DNA of 38,950 bases from Deltaproteobacteria bacterium UBA2957 (GTDB lineage Bacteria; Myxococcota_A; UBA796): NCBI GenBank assembly GCA_002348535.1, contig DEBL01000088.1, forward strand, positions 1 through 38,950. The letters are read 5' to 3'. The notes below the pieces were generated by a model. The model ran no database searches and was not told the origin of the DNA. It worked only from the letters and a program-made list of their open reading frames with translations. Below are positions 33,531-38,950 of this stretch, piece after piece (position 1 is the first letter of the stretch; each line of letters starts with the position of its first letter). A program made the translations under genes and the position numbers.

Positions 33531-34783
33531 TGGGGTGGTTGGCACAACTCATGGGGACTGACCCCGATTCGCAGGTTGCCAAGGCCCAGAAGTTCATCGA
33601 CTTGGGTGAATTTCACGAAGCCCGATGGCTCCTCAAAGCACTTGACCACCCGAAGGCGCCAGACCTTCTGCGCGTGGCGCGAAACGGTTTAGTGGAAGCC
33701 AATCTTGAAGAGGGTCGGGCTCGGTACAGCGCGGGCGATCGTGCGGGGGCGGAAGAACACCTCGCACTGGCGCGCGAGTTTGGAGCAACTGCTGAAGAGT
33801 TGCGCGCTGCGCGACGCTCTGGACGCGAAAACATGCCCAAACCGAAGCCAAAACCGGTTCAGGCCGACACCAAACCTGCTGGCGACGACCCGATTTGGTC
33901 CCTTCCACCGGATGACCCTCGACTGCGCTTCGCGCTCCTGATCGAGCGGTACCCGGAACACCTTCGAGAGCGAATGCTGGCGCTGGGCGCCGAATTCGCA
34001 GCTGCAGCGATGTTGACGGAGAACGGTCAACCAAAGCAAGCCCTCCACGCCCTAAAGGCTTTCACCGGAGTGGACGATGTGGCCCGGTTCGAACGCGCCA
34101 AGGCTGCAATCGCAGCCGAAGAACTTCCTGCGGCCGCAAGCGAGTTGTTGAGCTTTGGCGACACCGTTGGCCACCAAGTGATCGGCTCCTCGCACACTGC
34201 AGTCATGTTGGTGCAGACGTTGGTTCGCATCGGGCGAGCCGAGGAAGCGCTCACCCGAATTGAACCCGAAGTCGCATCCAGTTCGAGTCCTGCGGAGCGT
34301 GTCATGCTCGCGAGCGCAGAGGCGCAATTGTTGTTTATGGTCGGGCGGATCGACGAAGCGGACACCAAGACAACCGCGCTGCTCCGTGAGTCCAGTCGGG
34401 ACATGGGCTTGGTGAAATTACTGGCTCGCATCCGCATCCGAAAGGGCAACCGCATCAACGCGATGCAGCTGCTGGAGGATGGCTTGAACCGCTGCTGCTC
34501 GGCCCCCGGAAAATGCGGGTCTCAACCGCTCGACCTTGAGGCCATACGGTTGTTGCTGATTCTGTACCTTGAGGATCGCTTGGAACCCAAGCGTGTCCGG
34601 GAGCTAATGGCGGACTTGAAGGCCAACCGCAAGCAAACCGTATGGGATGACGGATACATCGCAGCCTTGATGGATCGAAACGATGCTCAACCCTCGCTGA
34701 ACAACCGCATCGATACTTTGGCAAAAGCACTTGGACCCAACGATCCTCGCCACGAAACGTTGAGGCGAGCCTTCGGCGATTAG
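33530..34783 (+). CDS. Alpha-helical repeat (TPR-like) protein of unknown function
   Basis: ATG 33530 overlaps the def TGA as TGATG. The sequence is helical-repeat rich with a KPKPKP linker. I recognise no specific family. Confidence 0.6.
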   Translation: MGWLAQLMGTDPDSQVAKAQKFIDLGEFHEARWLLKALDHPKAPDLLRVARNGLVEANLEEGRARYSAGDRAGAEEHLALAREFGATAEELRAARRSGRENMPKPKPKPVQADTKPAGDDPIWSLPPDDPRLRFALLIERYPEHLRERMLALGAEFAAAAMLTENGQPKQALHALKAFTGVDDVARFERAKAAIAAEELPAAASELLSFGDTVGHQVIGSSHTAVMLVQTLVRIGRAEEALTRIEPEVASSSSPAERVMLASAEAQLLFMVGRIDEADTKTTALLRESSRDMGLVKLLARIRIRKGNRINAMQLLEDGLNRCCSAPGKCGSQPLDLEAIRLLLILYLEDRLEPKRVRELMADLKANRKQTVWDDGYIAALMDRNDAQPSLNNRIDTLAKALGPNDPRHETLRRAFGD

Positions 34784-35397
34784 GGTCGTGTCCGACTTCG
34801 GGCAAGCATTCCCTGACGGGCTTCGAGTTCCCGGTGGGACCATTCCTCAAAGAACCGCTCTTGACGCGCGGCGTCGAGATTGCCGCCGCCAACTTGGCCG
34901 CGAACACGCTCTGTGACTCGCTGAAGGATGCACGCGGCGGCCACGGAGACATTGAGTGATTCCGTCAGTCCGTGCATGGGAACACACACGGCGCCATCGC
35001 ACAACTCCCGGGCTCGTTCGCTCACCCCGGTGAGTTCAGCGCCCATCAAAATCGCAATGTTGCCATCAATGGGGACTGTGTCGGGTGTGAACGATTGGTC
35101 CATCAAGTCTGCAATAAAGATCGAAAACCCCCGTTCACGCAGGGCTGCGACGGCGTCATCGGTCGAAGTCCACCGGTGCAGCTCCAGCCACCGCTCTGAG
35201 CCACGCGCAGCGCCTTTGCTGGTTTTGAAAGCCTTTGTGACAAGGTGCACCTCGTGAACCCCAAAGCACTCGCAACTGCGAAGAATTGCCGATGCATTGT
35301 GGCGCCGATGCACCGCCTCCAAGACCACGACAACCGATCCCAGCCTGTGGGACAGCATGTGCCGCACGCGGGCTCGCCGATCGTCGCTGATGCTCAC
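34780..35397 (-). CDS. trmH: SpoU/TrmH-family tRNA/rRNA 2'-O-ribose methyltransferase
   Basis: GTG 35397 overlaps the upstream TGA as GTGA. The SpoU motifs are HNASAILRSCECFGV, ILMGAELTGVS and VCVPMHGLTESLNVSVAAACIL. The ~205-aa size is typical of TrmH. Confidence 0.8.
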   Translation of the reverse strand: MSISDDRRARVRHMLSHRLGSVVVVLEAVHRRHNASAILRSCECFGVHEVHLVTKAFKTSKGAARGSERWLELHRWTSTDDAVAALRERGFSIFIADLMDQSFTPDTVPIDGNIAILMGAELTGVSERARELCDGAVCVPMHGLTESLNVSVAAACILQRVTERVRGQVGGGNLDAARQERFFEEWSHRELEARQGMLARSRTRP

Positions 35398-36200
35398 CGC
35401 TTGTACAGCGTGAGCCGCGCACCAGCATAGGGCACAGACAGTGTCGACTGGGTCAGCATGTAGGGCAGATTTGAGCCGCCCTCCGTGATGTCCATGCGCA
35501 TCAGGCCATCGCGTGTGGCCCAATGCCCCTGCGTCACCGTCTCTTTGTCTTCCACGATCGACTGAACCCGAAGTTCCCCGTTGCTTTCGAAGAAGAACGT
35601 CAGCTTGGTGGTGAGCCCGCGCATTTTCGCGCTGCCTTCCCACTTTCCGACCACAGCTGCATCTTGCACCCATGGGCTTTGTGTGGTCTTGGTTCCCCAG
35701 CCTTCTCCGCCTTTATTGAGGCTATCCACCTCACCCCATGGCGTTCCATCTTGGCCAGCTCCAAGCACTTCCACCTTGCCCCACTGCACGCCTGTGGGGG
35801 TGGGCTGGAGAGATTGCAAGAGCGCATCGGGGTCCAGACTCACCACATGGTCAGGACCCGCAATAACGGCCCACCACATCGCCACAGTCGGCTCTGCCCA
35901 GTACAGCTTGGCGCGTCCCAAGTGCTCGGGTCCAACGAGGTTAATGTGGCCATTCGGCTCGATACCGAAGCGCTCAATCGCGATTCCTTTTTTGAGCAGC
36001 GATGCCACCACTTCTTCGGGAAGCCCCTTCGCTCGCTCGAGCCGGAACTCGAGGACCTGCCCCTTCTCGGGATGGTCGGGGTCGAGAACCGCCGCATCAG
36101 AACCAATGGCAGTCCATCCAATCGGAGGGGTCAAGGCGAGGCTGTTCGACGAGGTCAAGGTCGCAAACAGACAGACAAAGGATAGAAATAATCGTTTCAT
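35394..36200 (-). CDS. Secreted protein of unknown function
   Basis: The signal peptide is MKRLFLSFVCLFATLTSSNSLA. I recognise no family. The gene is translationally coupled to trmH. Confidence 0.65.
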   Translation of the reverse strand: MKRLFLSFVCLFATLTSSNSLALTPPIGWTAIGSDAAVLDPDHPEKGQVLEFRLERAKGLPEEVVASLLKKGIAIERFGIEPNGHINLVGPEHLGRAKLYWAEPTVAMWWAVIAGPDHVVSLDPDALLQSLQPTPTGVQWGKVEVLGAGQDGTPWGEVDSLNKGGEGWGTKTTQSPWVQDAAVVGKWEGSAKMRGLTTKLTFFFESNGELRVQSIVEDKETVTQGHWATRDGLMRMDITEGGSNLPYMLTQSTLSVPYAGARLTLYKR

Positions 36201-36262
36201 GGCAGCCTGAAGGTATCACGTTGTGGGTCGTCAACGCCCGCATGGAGTCATAGTAGGCATGC

Positions 36263-36748
36263 ATGAAACGGATGCTGAAGGATTGGGCTGTAGCCCTGTC
36301 GCTTGGAATTGTTGTCTTTTTGGGAATTCAGTGGCTGCAGCCAAAGCCACAAATTCCCGAGATTGCGCCCGACTTTACGGTGCAAACGCTCGAAGGCGAT
36401 GCCATTACGCTCAGTGAATTGAGAGGGTCACCCGTTGTGATCAACTTCTGGGCGACGTGGTGCGGTCCATGCCGTCAAGAAGTCCCCGCATTTTCGGCCT
36501 TTGCCAAGGCCCACCCAGAGATTCCCGTACTCGGTCTCTCAGTTGACGACGGCCCCATCTCTCGCGTCAAGCGCATCGTAAAGGAGTGGTCCATTGCCTA
36601 CCCCGTCGCCGTCGTCGGTGAGGCACTGCAAGCGCAATACGACATCTCCACGCTTCCCACCACCGTTGTGCTCGATGAAAATGGAAAAGTGACGCGGGTC
36701 CATGTGGGTGTGATGTCCGAATCTCAACTGGCCCGAGCGGTGCGCTAA
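36263..36748 (+). CDS. TlpA/ResA-like membrane-anchored thiol:disulfide oxidoreductase
   Basis: An N-terminal TM segment is followed by a thioredoxin fold with VVINFWATWCGPCRQEVP. Confidence 0.9.
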   Translation: MKRMLKDWAVALSLGIVVFLGIQWLQPKPQIPEIAPDFTVQTLEGDAITLSELRGSPVVINFWATWCGPCRQEVPAFSAFAKAHPEIPVLGLSVDDGPISRVKRIVKEWSIAYPVAVVGEALQAQYDISTLPTTVVLDENGKVTRVHVGVMSESQLARAVR

Positions 36749-37452
36749 GCGAGCGGGAAAAAATCCTCATCGAAGGACCAATGGCGCACCGGACTTGCCG
36801 CTCGCACGGCCAATCCCAATCGATCGAGGTAGTCCGACCGGTCGATCTCCATCGCGCCCATTCGCTCGAGGGTCGGTGTGTGCACCTGAGCATCGATCAA
36901 CTCAAAACCCCAGCGTTCCAGTTGCCGAACCAGCCAAACCAATGCGATCTTCGAAGCATCGGAGACCGTGCTGAACATGCTCTCGCCCGCAAACATCTTC
37001 CCCATTGCAACGCCGTAGAGTCCGCCAACCAGACGGTCATCGAGCCACACCTCGACCGAGTGAGCATGACCCAATTGGTGGAGGTGTATATAGGCCTCTC
37101 GCATTGCCATCGTGATCCATGTGCCGTCTTGACCCGGCCGGGGAATCGTCTTGCAGGACTCGATCACCCGCGGAAAGGCAGAATCCATCGTCACGCGCAA
37201 CTCTCTCTTCCGAAGCGTCTTGCGAAGGCTGCGCCCGACGCGAAGGTCGGTCGGCACCAAGACGCATCGGGGATCGGGGGAAAACCAGAGAATCGGTTGC
37301 CCTTCGGAGTACCAAGGAAAAATTCCATTTGCATACGCCAAGCGCAAACGGTCTGGATGCAGGTCGCCGCCCACGCCGAGCAAACCACTGGGCTCGGCAA
37401 GACTGGCATGGGGGAAGACGTGTTCTTCCTCGGGAATCCGGTAAACAGGCAC
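36745..37452 (-). CDS. aat: Leucyl/phenylalanyl-tRNA--protein transferase
   Basis: GLLGVGGDL...LAYANGIFPWY...ILWFSPDPR...GGLYGVAMGKMFAGESMF matches the L/F-transferase signature. Confidence 0.93.
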   Translation of the reverse strand: MPVYRIPEEEHVFPHASLAEPSGLLGVGGDLHPDRLRLAYANGIFPWYSEGQPILWFSPDPRCVLVPTDLRVGRSLRKTLRKRELRVTMDSAFPRVIESCKTIPRPGQDGTWITMAMREAYIHLHQLGHAHSVEVWLDDRLVGGLYGVAMGKMFAGESMFSTVSDASKIALVWLVRQLERWGFELIDAQVHTPTLERMGAMEIDRSDYLDRLGLAVRAASPVRHWSFDEDFFPLA

Positions 37453-37525
37453 GAAGAAAGACTACAAGATCTGACGCTGCCGTGAGTGTTCCACGGGGAA
37501 CACCTTCCCGGGATACACCCTTTTG

Positions 37526-38155
37526 ATGAACATCACGCTCGACCCTCACCCGCTTCTCGACGCTGCATTTCTGCACACCACATGGCCGACCCCTCTCCGT
37601 GAGGTCCAGACTCTCGCGGACTTGGATGCATGGTTTTCGCCGGACGCTGCGCCGCCCATTGATCGTCCCGATACCCTCAAACCGATCGTCCGGGATCTGC
37701 TGCGCCACGGAGGCTTCAAGCCAAGCGGTCGGAGCAAGCCCGCCTCGGAGTATCTGGTCGGAGCTGTAAATCGCAACGCAATGGGCAGCATCAATGCCGC
37801 GGTCGATTGCTGCAATGTCGCGAGTTTATGGTCCGGGTTGCCCATCAGTGTGGTCGATGCCCAGCGCGGACTCGGTCCTTGGCGAGTTGGCATTGCCGAG
37901 CCGGGCACAGAGTACGTGTTCAATCCAACCGGTCAGGTCATCGCCATCGGCGGATTGATCTCTCTCTTTGATTCGATCGGCCCGTGCGGCGGACCGGTCA
38001 AGGACTCGCAACGAACCAAGACCGGCGCCGATACAACCGAAACGCTGAGCGTCGTCTGGGGTACCCGTGCATTGGATGGTCGAACCGATTCGGTGACGGC
38101 GTGGTACGTCAGCCTAATGGAGTCGCTGGGTGCCTCGGTGAGCCGAATTCACTAG
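37526..38155 (+). CDS. Stand-alone B3/B4 tRNA-binding domain protein (PheRS beta-subunit B3_4-like)
   Basis: [22 protein letters not shown]...[23 protein letters not shown]...GLISLFDS matches the solo B3/4 domain family. ATG 37526 is preferred over TTG 37523. Confidence 0.8.
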   Translation: MNITLDPHPLLDAAFLHTTWPTPLREVQTLADLDAWFSPDAAPPIDRPDTLKPIVRDLLRHGGFKPSGRSKPASEYLVGAVNRNAMGSINAAVDCCNVASLWSGLPISVVDAQRGLGPWRVGIAEPGTEYVFNPTGQVIAIGGLISLFDSIGPCGGPVKDSQRTKTGADTTETLSVVWGTRALDGRTDSVTAWYVSLMESLGASVSRIH

Positions 38156-38950
38156 GCCAGAAGCGCCATGAGATCTTCGCGGGTGATCGCGGATGCTTGA
38201 TCGGCTCCCCCCAAGGCGGCTTCCGCGAGCGCACGTTTTCGTTGCTGTAGCGCAATAATCCGCTCTTCGACCGTGTCTTCCGCGACCAAGCGATACACCA
38301 GAACCGGTTTGTCTTGACCAATCCGGTGCGTCCGGTCGGCAGCCTGATCTTCCACTGCCGGGTTCCACCAAGGGTCCACCAAAAAGACATGATCGGCGGC
38401 GGTCAGGTTGAGACCCGTCCCGCCGGCCTTGAGGCTGATGAGCATCACGGGCGGGCCATCGTCACCCTGAAAGATGTCGACCATTCCTTGGCGATCCCGC
38501 GTTTGTCCATCGAGGCGGATGAACGGAATGTTGGCGGCGTCGAGGTGGGGCTCAATTCGGTCGAGCAAACCGGTCCACTGGGAGAAGACGAGGGACTTAT
38601 GCCCTTCTGCAATGATGGAAACCAGCGTGTCCACCAACAGGTCGATCTTCGAGGAGCCCTCCGCGTCCTGCCCCGGCACAAGACCGCTGTGGCACGATGC
38701 TTGGCGAAGTCGAAGCAGCGCCTCAAGTGCGGCCATTACATTGCCTGAGCCCATCCGCTCAACCATCTTGGTCTGCGTGGCAACCCGAACAGTGTTGTAG
38801 ACATCTCGTTCAGCTGGCGAGAGTTGACAGCGGAGAACAATCTCCGTGCGCGGCGGCAATTCTGGTGCCACTTCACTCTTGAGCCGCCGCAACACGAAGG
38901 GTCGGATCCGCTCGCGAAGGTGTGAGGCAACGCCCGCATCCGCACGGGCG
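38152..38950 (-). CDS. SNF2-family helicase, C-terminal part; N-terminus outside window
   Basis: The frame is open to the window edge (...[13 protein letters not shown]...). The helicase C-domain motifs are [56 protein letters not shown]. Confidence 0.9.
   Translation of the reverse strand, partial: ARADAGVASHLRERIRPFVLRRLKSEVAPELPPRTEIVLRCQLSPAERDVYNTVRVATQTKMVERMGSGNVMAALEALLRLRQASCHSGLVPGQDAEGSSKIDLLVDTLVSIIAEGHKSLVFSQWTGLLDRIEPHLDAANIPFIRLDGQTRDRQGMVDIFQGDDGPPVMLISLKAGGTGLNLTAADHVFLVDPWWNPAVEDQAADRTHRIGQDKPVLVYRLVAEDTVEERIIALQQRKRALAEAALGGADQASAITREDLMALLA

Noticed and set aside
1-38950. Whole-window look for CRISPR arrays, tRNA or rRNA genes, IS elements or transposases, integrases, reverse transcriptases, toxin-antitoxin pairs and known defence-system signatures.
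   Set aside because: No regularly spaced repeats are present. No non-coding gap longer than about 260 bp exists. None of the ORF translations carries transposase, integrase or RT motifs. The search was by eye only, so short or degenerate elements could be missed.

Overview
This is a densely packed, GC-rich window (GC judged by eye, not computed) from a diderm bacterium. The diderm call rests on lipobox lipoproteins, a LamB-type porin and outer-membrane beta-barrels ending in aromatic residues. I support about 40 protein-coding genes on both strands. I saw no rRNA, tRNA, CRISPR array, transposase or integrase. All calls come from reading the supplied translations and recognising family motifs; no database search was run. 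Several starts were re-picked from the longest-ORF track using RBS, lipobox or signal logic and overlapping stop/start junctions.

Housekeeping genes: rpsO-pnp-dut, uvrB, def, aat, trmH, hslR, and a TlpA-like thioredoxin.

Accessory or unusual content:
1. A five-gene, translationally coupled alpha-glucan locus at 531-8764. It holds two lipoprotein GH13 enzymes, a LamB-like porin, a small orphan lipoprotein and a GH13 with a CBM20-like tail.
2. A minus-strand operon at 18773-22487. It combines a biliverdin-reductase-A-like oxidoreductase, a polytopic membrane protein and a B12-binding radical SAM enzyme, and sits divergent from an MSOX-type flavoprotein. I consider this the best candidate for an undescribed system.
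3. Two output-less cyclic-nucleotide-binding proteins next to a small HTH-like ORF.
4. An APC permease fused to a histidine-less EIIA-like domain and a TrkA_C domain.
5. A fused tandem DsbA/HCCA-isomerase protein.
6. A membrane-anchored YraN-like nuclease and a GT87 gene lying directly upstream of uvrB.
7. A YheC/D-type ATP-grasp protein.
8. A metallophosphatase-fold protein with its catalytic motifs replaced.
9. A solo B3/4 domain gene divergent from aat.
10. A nearly pure A/T palindromic block at 9532-9567 in the LysM/CDF divergent region.

Nothing here resembles a known phage-defence or mobile-element module. A partial SNF2 helicase runs off the right edge of the window.
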